NCBI GenBank assembly: GCA_021613535.1
Contig: CP075495.1
Location: 1,116,001 to 1,180,000, forward strand
DNA: 64,000 nt
Source: Adineta vaga
Taxonomy: Eukaryota > Animalia > Rotifera
Direction of reading: 5' to 3'
A model generated the notes under the pieces. It ran no database searches. It was given only the letters and a program-made list of their open reading frames with translations, and was not told where the DNA came from. Below, piece after piece: positions 25,158-37,271 of this stretch; positions within the stretch are counted from its first letter, which is position 1, and each line of letters begins with the position of its first letter. The position numbers were made by a program, and so were the translations under genes.

Positions 25158-25732
25158 ATGTCCGATGAACAGAATCAAAGATTATTAACAAATACGTTCG
25201 TTATCAATGCGAAAGATTCACTATCAGAAATTGTTGAAATTCAACCGACAATATGTTATATTTGTTTAGAAGATATTGTTACAACTTTTAAACAATTTGG
25301 TTTACAAAATAATTGTAATCATTTTTTCTGTTTTGATTGTTTATCCACTTGGCGTCGAACGGTAAATTAATAAAGAGATGATTTGAAAATTTTCAATTTA
25401 TTCTATAGAATGAAAAGGAAATTGGAGGACGATGTCCATTATGTCGTATCCGATCGACATTTATTGCTCCTAGTTGGCGTTGTTTCACAGATACAAATGA
25501 TAAGCAATCATTAATTAATACACATAAATTACGTTTAAAAACGATACCATGTCGAACTTTTCTACGATATGGTTCTTGTCGATTTGGTCATCGATGTTAC
25601 TACAATCATCGATATCTATTTCATGAACATAATAATTCTCGAGATTTAACAAATGAAAATAGTTATGATAATCAACAACAAGAATCTTCGAGAAGATTTT
25701 CGAATAATTCACATCGATATCGACCATATTGA
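25158..25732 (+). CDS. Short makorin-like RING (C3HC4) + CCCH zinc-finger protein
   Basis: Exons 25158-25361 and 25409-25732. CYICLE..FGLQNNCNHFFCFDCLSTWR..CPLCRIRSTFIAPS, then CRTFLRYGSCRFGHRCYYNH. Confidence 0.85.
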
Positions 25733-25842
25733 ATATTTAATCTGTTATTTATTGATTCATACAATATAAATTCAAAATTCGAAAAAAAAGCAAAGAAAAT
25801 ATATGTCATTGTTTTCAAAACGTTACTTTTCTTTTTCTTCAG

Positions 25843-26996
25843 TTATGCTATTGTGCAACATACTGAATGATGAGCACATTTTGGTCCGAAACAACCACAA
25901 GTATTCATTGGATAATCGTTTTCATAAATCAACGGTTCACCTTTTTTCCCTTGGCCATATTTATAGAATTTAAATTTATCACCTAATAGAAAAAGAAATC
26001 ATTTGTTAAAAAGATCACATATATCTTTTTTTATTGTCAATCAAACTTACCCATTTCTTTATCTTCTTTATTGGTGAAATCTTTTGCTTCATATTCAACT
26101 TCAGTAATATCAAGTTTTTGTATAATAGATTTAAATTGAACGATTCGACAATTTTTTTTCGCTTTACTTCCATGTTTTTTATTAAAATCTTCAGTTAATT
26201 TCTCGATATTTATCTGAGAATTTGGATGTTGTTTGACAAATGTATTTTGAAAATATTTATCAAATGTATCTGTTTTTGTCCATTTTTGATCGATTTCCCA
26301 GAAATCTTTATTTCCTGGAGCTTTACGAATTAATTTCGGAATGATTTTCATAGGTAATTTCGTATTCGATTGATAAGAAACAGAATGAATTGAATACCAT
26401 TTTATTTTCATTTGATACCAATGTAAAAGTTTACCACAACCTTTACAACGTTTACAATCTACCATACCTGTTGATTTACATGTATTACAAACGATAACAT
26501 TCGAATCATGACAATGTGAACATGTCTTCTTATTTGAAAGATCCGTATCAGTTAAAGCTTTAACTTTACAATGATAACAAGGTTTTCCACCATCTCCTTT
26601 ACACGATGAACACATATAACGACAAAAACCACTACATTTACGACAAATAGTTGTCCAACGTGTTTGTTCAAGAGTACGTACATCATTTTTTGTCTTTTTC
26701 AAATCTGTTGGCGGACGATCAAAGTCAAATTCCCATTCATTACGATTTGTTGCACTAGGTATATTTTCACCATTATAAGGTTGAGTCATTCTTTTTGTCT
26801 TACGACATTCCATTAATGTCCACATATCAATTTGATAAGCAGCACGTTCGTTTTGTCCAGTTAATTTAGCGTTTGTTAATGCAGTTGTATTGTAACCAAA
26901 TTTTGATTTAACATAAGTATTCATCATGTCCATCATTGGTGATGATGATGATCCTGTACCAGATTTTTCTGAAGCTGGTGTAATCTTATTAGCCAT
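25843..26996 (-). CDS. SSUH2-like protein (DnaJ-type CxxCxG zinc repeats, C-terminal CaaX)
   Basis: Exons 26996-26051 and 25983-25843. TLMECR..QPYNG, several CxxCxGxG motifs, and C-terminal ENDYP..CCTIA followed by stop. Confidence 0.8.
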
Positions 26997-28430
26997 AGTT
27001 ATTTTCTAGAATGATTTCTTTTGATTAGTAAATAAATACTGATCACTTCGTTTCTTAATAACGAAAACCAACGATGAAAATAACTTGTAGAGTGAGGTAA
27101 TGGATGTGTATGTAGGTGTTGCGTTCTTCTTACATACCTCTATAATTACCTATTGACGTCACACATTTAGGCATACTTAAAACTGTGTACTCGCATTATC
27201 GGCCCACGTATATCTCTGTTTTCTGTTGAACATTATGAAAAAACAACATTCACATAGCTTTAAACTTCAATGCTAACTAGAACAATTACATCTTTAAAAA
27301 TATTCATCAGAACAATTCAAAGAGAACTCTTTTCAAATCATTGATCTAGCATTTGACTGCAAGGATCGTACATAAAAATAAAATAGGTCAATCAATCCGA
27401 TATTGGATTCCTATACACATATGAGTGTATAAAAATGACCGACTGAAGAAAGTAGTTTTTTTTAGATCGATTATTTTCTAGAAAGATAATTATATTTCAT
27501 CTTCAGATTATTTCATATAAGTATTGCGACTATAAAAAAACGCCTTTGTCTATTTTCTTACGTCTCTCCTTTGTGATCCTTTCACCACTTGTTTTTATAA
27601 TAAAATAACAAAAATGTTGTATGGCGTGATTTTGTTTCGTTTAAAATGAAAAAAGAAATATGCTGCTAGAAGTAATACAAACAGTACTGTTGCTACCATC
27701 GCCTCCATTTTTCACTTAATGCATTACCACTGCCGATGTGACCATACAAGAGAACAGAAAAAATAATAATATATACAATCAATTCTCAATGTTAAAATAA
27801 CGTAAATCAATTATAAGAAATTGACAAATATGTAGTTAGTACATAAAATACATTCTTTAGATTATTTTTCATTAAATCCTTCATAATTTACAATTGTTAA
27901 GGATGAGATTAGCTGCATATAATCTGTTCCAACACTGTCTCTTTCAAATTTTGTATTTCAATAATAAGGAGGAATCTTAATAATCCTTTTTTTTCTTCAT
28001 ATCCTTCGGTAAATAACTCTTTGATAATAAGACATTGGTCTATTTGAATTCTTTCTGAATTAAAACAAAACAAAAATATTTTATTTAAAATTAAAAAGAT
28101 ATGGATATAATCCACAATGTGACGAATGGTGAGAGTGACAGTTTATGTCATCTGCACACCCACCCATCGCGTCTTTTCTTTATTGAACATAACTTATATA
28201 GGATTAATCGCACAAGTAAAGTATATGCTTCAATAACCATTACAGTAATGAGCATCATTTCTAATTATCAGAATTTGTAATGACATATATAAATCTGACA
28301 CAGTGACGATGAAGTTTTTCAATAAATTTATAGAACATATAAATAGAGTTTACATATTTCCATTTCCTTTTTCTTCTTTAAGGATAAACATGAAAATATG
28401 AGTTTCTAATGGACTTCTTCTTGTACAACA

Positions 28431-28670
28431 AGTAAATTCCACAGCTATCTTTATTCAACCCATACTTTTCAAACGACAACTATCAACGCTAACTTCATGA
28501 TTCTATTAGCATCAATTGATCGTTTCTGTTCAAGTTCACAATCAGTTAAATCACATTCCTTTAGTAATATACACATTACAAGATGGTTCATCTTTGTTGG
28601 AATATTATTTTATAGTATTTACATGTCACTATGAATAATAATTAATTATTGAAATAATTCAAATCTTAAT
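28431..28670 (+). pseudogene. Decayed rhodopsin-like GPCR fragment (TM3-TM4)
   Basis: One frame reads SKFHSYLY..MILLASIDRFCSSSQSVKSHSFSNIHITRWFIFVGILFYSIYMSL*IIINY*. It resembles LASLDRFFAS in the GPCR at 55359-56333 but has in-frame stops. Confidence 0.7.
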
Positions 28671-29856
28671 GATATTTAATTTATCAATGCAAACATCATT
28701 GATACAAGGATTATGTAGGATTTTTGTTATGTGGCAACAATGTATACTCTTTCTTTTCATTCTATCCGGAAGTATCTATCGAAAAGAAATGATTCAATTA
28801 TTCAAACAAATATATAAACATAATGACATTAGACAAGAACGGATGGTAACTGTGCATAGTAATTGCTACATAGTAGTAATATTAAACGAATATTTAACGA
28901 AAGACATAGAGAAATATGATTAAAAATGGAATTATTTAATGAGTAATTGTTTTATACAGATATTTATATACACATAACATCCGAACGGTGTCAACAACAT
29001 TTGCACATGGTAGAAAAAAACTAACAAAACCATGGAGAAGAAGAAAAATTCGATAATAATAATTAAATAAACGTTTCTTTTTTCTTGATATTCATCTATG
29101 TTTTTTTTTTCAATTGTTGTCAAAGAAAAAAGTACTATATAAGTTATTATAAAAATCACAATCGATAAATTCCCAAATTTGACTTGGTCGGGCTACATTG
29201 TAAAGAGAAAGATTGAAGAAATTCGTCTACTCGTTATTCGTTTATATAGATGACAAGAGAATTGAACTGATTTTCATTTGATTTCAGGAATAATTTCAAA
29301 TAGGTTTTCCAAATCTCTCTGATGCTAATTAAATAAATACAACTTCTTTTCTTAATTAATAGTATCAACATGTAACTGTAACTTGTCATGCTGGTGATTG
29401 CGATTGAATGAGTATCGAAATAATAACAAAAAAGTAAATAGTATACATGACATGTCTTTATAAAAAAAATCAGGTCATTTTGTTTTTACATATGAGTTTA
29501 GAGAAGTCAAACATTTATATTTAGAATTAAATTAGGATGTTAAAGAACCAGTTAGTCGTCAGGAAACTTGCGCAACACATCGATGAGATAGATAAAATTA
29601 TCAAGGGAAGAATGAATATGAAATGAGAAATTTGTTTTTCGAAATTTAAAATGAATTGATTTGAATTGCAGTTTTTCGATCTATTATATTATTTGCTTTA
29701 CATATAATTCAAGGATTTATTTGTCGTTTGCACTGTAAATTGCGTCTCTAATACGATAGAATTGAAGTGACTGCTACGCACACAAACAAGATTCTTTTAG
29801 TTGCAAAAGAAAGGTGTTGCAAACATTAACTTTATTTCTCAAAACATTCTCGTTAA

Positions 29857-30249
29857 ATGAGGCTTCTCTTTCTTTTATTTTTCTGTGTAATATCCATAAC
29901 TGGCAATGGTGACGATATACTTCAACAGTTACATGATGAACTTTCTTTGAGTAAAACGACAGAACAAGATCATATCATAAATTTTCTATGTGAAACATTG
30001 GCATCACCAGGCTTTCTAACAGCCAGTGCGGATGATGATTTTTTAAGTACAATACTTGAAGAAGTTGGTTTTGGAGCTTTGGGTGTAATTCGTAACTCTT
30101 GGGCAGCAAAATATCAAGCACAAAAAACAAAATCTTCATCATGTTTTGCTGCTTTACATGCAGTCGGAACATCAGATAAATTAAGAATGTCCTTGGCACA
30201 CTCAAGGAAAATTATACGAGCATGCTGTCTACCTAACGAAGATTTGTGA
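29857..30249 (+). CDS. Hypothetical secreted 130-aa protein with 4 mature Cys
   Basis: Signal peptide MRLLFLLFFCVISITG, intronless ORF, Cys pattern C..C..CC. Confidence 0.65.
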   Translation: MRLLFLLFFCVISITGNGDDILQQLHDELSLSKTTEQDHIINFLCETLASPGFLTASADDDFLSTILEEVGFGALGVIRNSWAAKYQAQKTKSSSCFAALHAVGTSDKLRMSLAHSRKIIRACCLPNEDL

Positions 30250-31722
30250 AAAGTGTATTGTTTAGTTTTCTTTTCAAAAAAAAAAAATACATAATTTGAT
30301 CCTTTTTCTGATAAAATATGACTACGAATTGCATGAAATTGATAGATAATAACCCTTTTTCTTTTTCTATTGTTCATGACTACTGGATAAGTCGAAAGAT
30401 CTAGTTATATATTTCGTTATTCATATTTTTATCGTTTTATAAAAAATACGTTTCAATTAAATAAAGTCAACTTTTCATCATTCTTATTTAATTTAATTTT
30501 GAATGGAGTTCATTGAGTATATCTCACCTATTCAGAATAGATAGTATTGTTCTCTAGGCAAATATCATCTTTAAAGTTATTATTGTTAAGCATCTGACGT
30601 CTGTGACATTACCGTTGCTTAGTTATTTTCTCCTACGATCTTGTTCTCAATTGTACGTCATATATGTGGAGGTGTACATTGTAATCAAGAGAGAAGTCTT
30701 ATGGATGAAAAATATTATGTTTTTTATTCATTCGATGACGTACAACAAAAAATCTACCCACTGAAATGTTTCATTTTTCTTTCATCATGTAAAGTTACTG
30801 CTGGTTACTTGTAGCTAGTACAAAAAATAAGATTTTTTCCTACGTATATTTATTTCTTTAAGGTTGAACAGAGAAAGAAGAAAAGAGAAAAAAATAAATT
30901 AAGATACATAAATAAAATCGAACTATATATAGAGAAATATAGTCAATCATTTTTTTAGTTCTTCATTTAGCAATCTTGAAGACAGTTTGTTTTGATTGTG
31001 AGGATTAAAAATGAGTCTATGGACATGAGGAATCATCCGATTATTTAAGATTTTCTATTTTAGCTATTTTTAAGTTAGGTATTAGACGCTAGTCTACATC
31101 TTTCGCTCAAGATCTAGTTTCACCTTTTCTGCACTTAAATTTACTTGTACACAAAAATTTACATTTAGATAGAAAAATTCAGTTCTATTTTTATTTAGAT
31201 CTATTTCATGATATTGTTTATCTGTGATTTGAGTAGCGTAATATCTTCAGTATTTGTAAGGTGTCTATCGGATTTATAATTAAAAGAATATTAAGCAAAA
31301 ACTTTTTATTTCTAGCATCCAAAGGATAATAGGTGAATGAGAAACATAGCCAATGTTGATTAATCCACTTCTTTTCGTTGACATCAGAAAAAAAAACATT
31401 CACCACTGTTCTGTTATTTAACTAGAGTTATTATTCGTTTCTTTTCTGATTTTTGTTGACACTTTACATATTTGGTAAAGAGAGAAGCAAGAGGAATAAT
31501 CATGAGAACTGATTAGTAAAAAAGAAAAAGAAAGTTTCATCTCGAAGATGTTGACGACTGTTGTCGAATGTCCTCAATGGTAAAACTCAATAGCTTTTTC
31601 AATACTCCCCCATACTTATACTCAAAGATTTCTCTTAGTATTTTATCACTATTTCAATCTCCTTTTTTAGACAGTTGGTTTAGTTATTCCAAAGTCAATA
31701 CCAGTGATCAATACTAATTACC

Positions 31723-32206
31723 ATGGCAACTATACGTCAACCAGGAATGCCTTTAAATGCAAGTAATCCATTTTTTCAACCAACTGTAGAATGGGGACAT
31801 GGATTATGCGATTGTTGTAGTGATGGAAAAGAATGTAAGTGCTCAAAAGATGAATTATGTTCTTTATGAACATCATAAAATCCTATATTTATTATCATCA
31901 TTTGTTATATTATAATTTAGGTGTATATGCTTATTTCTGTGGATGTTGTTTCATGCATGAATTGGGTAAAAAGATGAATGAAGAATCAGCATGTGGTGGT
32001 TGTTGTGTTCCAAGTCGACTTGCTGTTTATCGTATGAGAATGCGATCTATTCTTCACATTCGAGTAAGTTTTATTTTCTTGATAGAATCATTTCAATCAA
32101 TCTATTATAGGGAACTGCAATGGATGATTGTTGTAAAGCTTCTTGGTGTGGACTATGTACTGCTGTTCAAATGAAACTTGAACTTAAAGATCGTAATTTA
32201 GCTTAA
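31723..32206 (+). CDS. PLAC8/cornifelin-family Cys-rich protein
   Basis: Three exons: WGHGLCDCCSD, FCGCC..MNEE..YRMRMRSILHIR, and GTAMDDCC..WCGLCTAVQMKLEL. Confidence 0.9.
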
Positions 32207-33775
32207 AATTATTCTTGAATTTAAATAGACAGAAATTAAACGAAACTTTGGAATATAGTTCGAGTGCTAAAGATATCTTTAATCATTTCTAAATAAATAT
32301 TATCAATTTTATTATAACGAATAAATTAAAATCTTTTCAGTAGTTATAATTCAAAATAAAAGAATTATTTTTCTTTAAATATTTCATATGTATGTACAAG
32401 AACAGTATACTAACAAACGAGATACACATGTAATATGGGCAGAAGACAAACATCACGCATCCATTTTCTTTTCAGCTTTTGTATGACATTATCATTTGCT
32501 ATGGTATTGTTTCTTTCATATCTATACATGTGTAAAGTCATTAAAATATTAATCTCCTTTTATATATCGAAAGAAAAGATGATTTATGTTGAATTGATAC
32601 GATTATCTAACAAAAGAAAACCATTGACTATATATATACACTTTATCAAAACAAATAATATGTAGAATACAAGTATGACCATGATCGGATGCCTAGATCG
32701 TACAATTGATCATTTCTTTTCTCTTCTTATTCATCTAGATAGTCTTCCTATCAATGAAGGATAACAAACGCCCACAATGGGCACATTTATCATTTCAGAT
32801 ATTAATTATTATCTTGTAATAGCAAAGTATATTATAGACTAGATATCCATCTGCAAATTTATTTACTAAATACATCGAAATATTTGACTTATAAATAGCT
32901 CTTAATTATTTCATCGATTCGAATCAACATGATATTTTATCACACGAGATTATCATCAGAGAATTTTAACAACGATTAATACTCAATTGGCAATGTCGAT
33001 TAGTAAAATTAGAAAGGTTTGTTGTACTTCTAGTGTTCATTGTGCTTCTAATGAATAGATTTCATGTCATCATCCATTAACGCTTGATACAATTCGTCGC
33101 TATAAGAATGATTTATTTTTATATATAAACATTTTTTCTTTGTGATATGAATAAATATATAATGATATCGCAAATTCTTCTTACAATTTTGCTAAATAAT
33201 GCTGTGAATGGTATATCTATTTTAAAGAATATTACGGTAACAATCGCATAACACATTTTCTTTTGTCAATAACGATTTGATCAACAAAACTCCATTAAAC
33301 TGTCAGCTAGCTTCTCTTATTGATTTTATTAAATCTTTTTCTTTCTTATACAAACAGAGTGAAAAAATTATGTGTCTTTTAGATTTTTTCCCCCTCAATA
33401 CCTGTAACGTATTGTTTAACCGTCCAACGACAACGTGGTATTATCTTTTTCAGAAAAGAGTTAGCGAATTCTATAAGGATGAGAGTTACTTGTTTTACTT
33501 TTTAAGATCATCCTAATTTTCAACAATAAATGTTGTTTGAAAAAACACTGAATTCAATTATTTAGTATAGAAGAATAAGAAATCTATAGTACAATGTCCT
33601 TGAACTGCAAAGAACATCAAAATTATTTGAGTTTTTATGTATTATTGTTCATACATATTGATAATCTAGATATAACAGATTTCATTTCATTTTCATTGTA
33701 TTAGTTTCATTGATTGATAGTTTTTAAATTTTTCTTATAGATCCAAAACGATTTCCATAGATCATTTCTATTTTG

Positions 33776-34963
33776 ATGTACGTGCGTTGCATATCTGGAG
33801 GTATACTTATTCGAGATAGTGATAATATCTTGCATATTTTTGCTTGTTGTATTAGTAATCTTCGTACTTCTTGTTTCATTTTATTCTATCAATATTTATG
33901 GACCTCCAGAAACTCTTATTGAATTGATCGATTTTGGCCTGCAAGTCATTATAGATTATTTAACTTATTTACATTGGCATATTCAACGACGTGTACTTCA
34001 ACCTATACAATTGAACTTTGATAAAGATAATTATGAAATAGATGAAACTACAGATAATTATAATCTATCTGACTATGAACATCGATGTCCTCGTCATCGA
34101 TACACAATTCGGATTATTGAAAGAAATCCATTATTGATTTATATTGAACAATTTCTTACTCCAAATGAAATTCAACATATAATTGAATTAACGTAAGTAT
34201 AAAATAAACAATATTCTTATATTTTCATTTCATTGTATATTTCAGAGAACCGATCCTTCGACCATCAACTTTCTATGATGACGATGGTAAACCTGCATAC
34301 GGACAATATCGAACGTCAAGTTCAGCTACGATTAAACGTCATCGAACTTCGTTATAAAATGTATTGAACAACGCTTCGCTCAATTCCAAGGAAGTATCAA
34401 TATAGATCGTATTGAACCATTACAAGTTGTCAAATATACACCTGAACAACAGGTAGGTCACAATTTATAATGTGTTTTTTTCTAACATCCATTCAAAAAC
34501 ATATGTTTTTGAATGGACAAAGTAAGTACAACAGGAGTGTACCAATAAGGATTTAAATGTCTATAGCGATATCGGTCTACTGTCATATTCATTATTTCAG
34601 TTTAAAGCTCATTATGATTGGTTTTCACAAACAGATTTAACTAAAAATGGTGGTCAACGAATATCGACATTTTTTACATATCTTCAAGCGAACTGTACAC
34701 TTGGTGAAACAGAATTTCTCGATATACCATTCAATTTACTATTACATGAACGATTTTGTGATATTTTAATCTGTGATAGAAAATCATTGGAATCAGGTAT
34801 TCGATTTCGTCCCATTGTTGGTAATAGTGTCTTTTGGTTTAATGTTGATGAACAAGGAACAGTTGATTATTTGACATATCATGCAGGTCGTCCACCGGGT
34901 GAAAATGGTCACAAAATCGGATTGAATACTTGGACACATGAAGATATTTTTACTCCATCATAA
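33776..34963 (+). pseudogene. Prolyl 4-hydroxylase-like 2OG-Fe(II) oxygenase (type II membrane), frameshifted
   Basis: NPLLIYIEQFLTPNEIQH, RTSSSA, IEPLQVVKY, HYD, QRISTFFTYL, GETEF and HAG..KIGLNTWT. A frameshift near 34349 gives TAA at 34355-34357, and the TM-encoding frame has no in-frame ATG. Confidence 0.75.
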
Positions 34964-35234
34964 AATACATTAACTATCACGATTTTATCCTTCGTTATCT
35001 ATACTACAATTTATTGTTTGCATGAATAAATAAATAAATAAATTTTATTTCGAATCTATTCCATGAAACAATATATTTTCTCTTTACAAATAAATATTAG
35101 AACTTGTAATACAAACAAGTGTAATTCTTTCTCTACATAGTTACTGTTTATAACAACGATATTTTGGTTTTTAAAAATCTAAGTATAATGAACTATTAAA
35201 TAGTATTGTATTCCATACAGAATTAGAGAAAGTT

Positions 35235-36104
35235 CTATTCAATTGAGTTTTTCATTTGAATAAAAATCAAATATTCTTCTAATTGTCTTAAAAACGATAA
35301 ATTTGGTTTTATCACATCACGTTTCGATTTAACATAATTAAAAGCATCATTCACAGTATGAAAATTACCATTCGATGATAATAAATAAGCAATGATTATA
35401 CTAGCTGATCTACTAACACCTTGATCACAATGAACTAAAACCGTTCCATGTTCATCATTAATACTTTTCGATATCCATTGAACAGCTAGAGGAAATATTT
35501 CTAATAGATTCGATGACAAACTATCTGAAATTTGCCAATGTATCGTTTTAATATTATCTATTTCAATTTTTCGTACAGAATAATCACTAAAACTTATAAC
35601 ATGAGTAATATTTAATAAGGTTAAAATACGTTCATTGCGACACATTGATGAACCAAGATATAAATCCGATGTTATACAAGATGGCCATACTAATTGAAAA
35701 GATTCATCGTAATAAATATTATCACTACATAAAAATGGATAATGTAATTGAAAATTTTCAAATCCATTAATTAAAATATAAATTTGTTTTAATGATTTTG
35801 AGTTTAATTGTAAATATTTACATAACATAGTTAAAATATTTGATTCAAGTTCATCATTGTTTTCACTCTTATATATAAGAACAACTGATGGATGTTCAGC
35901 TTTACCATAATCATCATCGATTTTTTGTTCTATATTGATGATTGAATCGATTGAAATGTTAGTAGATGGATGCATATTATGAGCACGACAAATATGACTT
36001 TTTATATAATTATTTGGACAACGAATATCATAGATTCGATGATCCCAATATAATTTATTGTAAAAATCTTCTGCTGAGATATTAGATGATGAGATTTTCG
36101 ACAT
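35235..36104 (-). CDS. Rhodanese + dual-specificity phosphatase (MKP/STYXL1-like) with intact catalytic motif
   Basis: IYDIR..YIKSHICRA and ILINGFENFQLHYPFLC (rhodanese/CH2), PSCITSDLYLGS, VLVHCDQGVSRS and IKPNLSFLRQL. Intronless. Confidence 0.88.
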   Translation of the reverse strand: MSKISSSNISAEDFYNKLYWDHRIYDIRCPNNYIKSHICRAHNMHPSTNISIDSIINIEQKIDDDYGKAEHPSVVLIYKSENNDELESNILTMLCKYLQLNSKSLKQIYILINGFENFQLHYPFLCSDNIYYDESFQLVWPSCITSDLYLGSSMCRNERILTLLNITHVISFSDYSVRKIEIDNIKTIHWQISDSLSSNLLEIFPLAVQWISKSINDEHGTVLVHCDQGVSRSASIIIAYLLSSNGNFHTVNDAFNYVKSKRDVIKPNLSFLRQLEEYLIFIQMKNSIE

Positions 36105-36239
36105 GAAATTCAAAAGAGAAATGACGAAGTGCAAGAAAGAATGACTCAATCATCGGTAAAGGTATTCTGAGAAATAGAGGTCGTTATATAACAATGAAAA
36201 TATATATAGATAGATAGTAAATTTAATGAATGGATATGC

Positions 36240-37107
36240 TTATTTCATTTCGAATATATGTAAGTTTGAATTATAAAAAAATAAAGAAATAATGTTATTA
36301 TTAAAGAGAATTGATTTTCCATTGGATTTTGTTTGTATACAACAATTTTGATCAGGTATAGGTGATCGAATTTCATCTGTAAACGATTTGTAAACTTTTC
36401 TATAATATAATGGTTGTGGTCCACGATAACTTTCAAAAAATAAATCATGACGAAATGAATTAAATTCATAATCTAATATTAAAATAGGTTCTTTAAAAAT
36501 AGTCCAAATAACATGTTCTGTACAAGGTGGAGTTGTTAATGAACCTTCATATCTCCAAAATTCATTTAATTTATTTCCCATTAAAGAAGTTAAAGATAAT
36601 GTAATACTCATTGAATCATTTTCTTGTGTTAATTTTTGTGCCATATCAAAATATCTCTTCCATTCAAGTGTTTCTTTTACACTATAAGAATTACGTTTAT
36701 CAATCGATCGAATATTTCGACTTAAACTACTTTCCATTAGAAAACTCAAAACAGCTCTTGTATTCGTTACTTTATTCATATAGACGAAATGACTTTCTCC
36801 ACTAGATTTAGCACCATTACTAAAATAGAACAAAAGAAAAAATATGATTTGGTCCCCAATGTAAATGAAAACTATCAAAATAGAATGTTCCATTTAAATC
36901 ACCACCATTAATAGCTAATTGTGTATTATCTGTATTAGCGCTTATGGTATGACCATTATGTTTAATCACAAAATTTAGTTCTTCAACATGTTCATCTGTA
37001 AAACTAAATGTATCAAATGATTTGTACTCTGTACATGCTGTTTTGATATTTATAGGTGATTGACGTTGTCCATTACAAATAGGAAATCATTCATTCCAAA
37101 CATCAGG
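36240..37107 (-). pseudogene. Alpha-carbonic anhydrase, disrupted
   Basis: QSPINI, NGHT, FHLHWG, ESHFV, YEGSLTTPPCTEHVIWTIF and YRGPQPL are present. There is an in-frame TGA at 37089-37087. The GSEH segment and its splice donor are missing, so WGPNH runs into an intron 3' end. No 5' exon is visible. Confidence 0.8.
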
Positions 37108-37271
37108 CTCATGAGAATTTCTTTTTATTTCTATTTCAATTCTTTTCTAATCTATAGGTTAACTATATCATATCACATGTAAAGTTTAAAGTTATCGATA
37201 GACAAATATAAATGTACATTTCTTCAAATATATATTTCACAAAAATTTATAATAACAAAAAAAGAAAAACT

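Noticed and set aside
29857-30249. Insulin-like peptide interpretation of the secreted orphan
   Set aside because: The Cys spacing lacks the A-chain CCxxxCx8C pattern and the two-Cys B chain.
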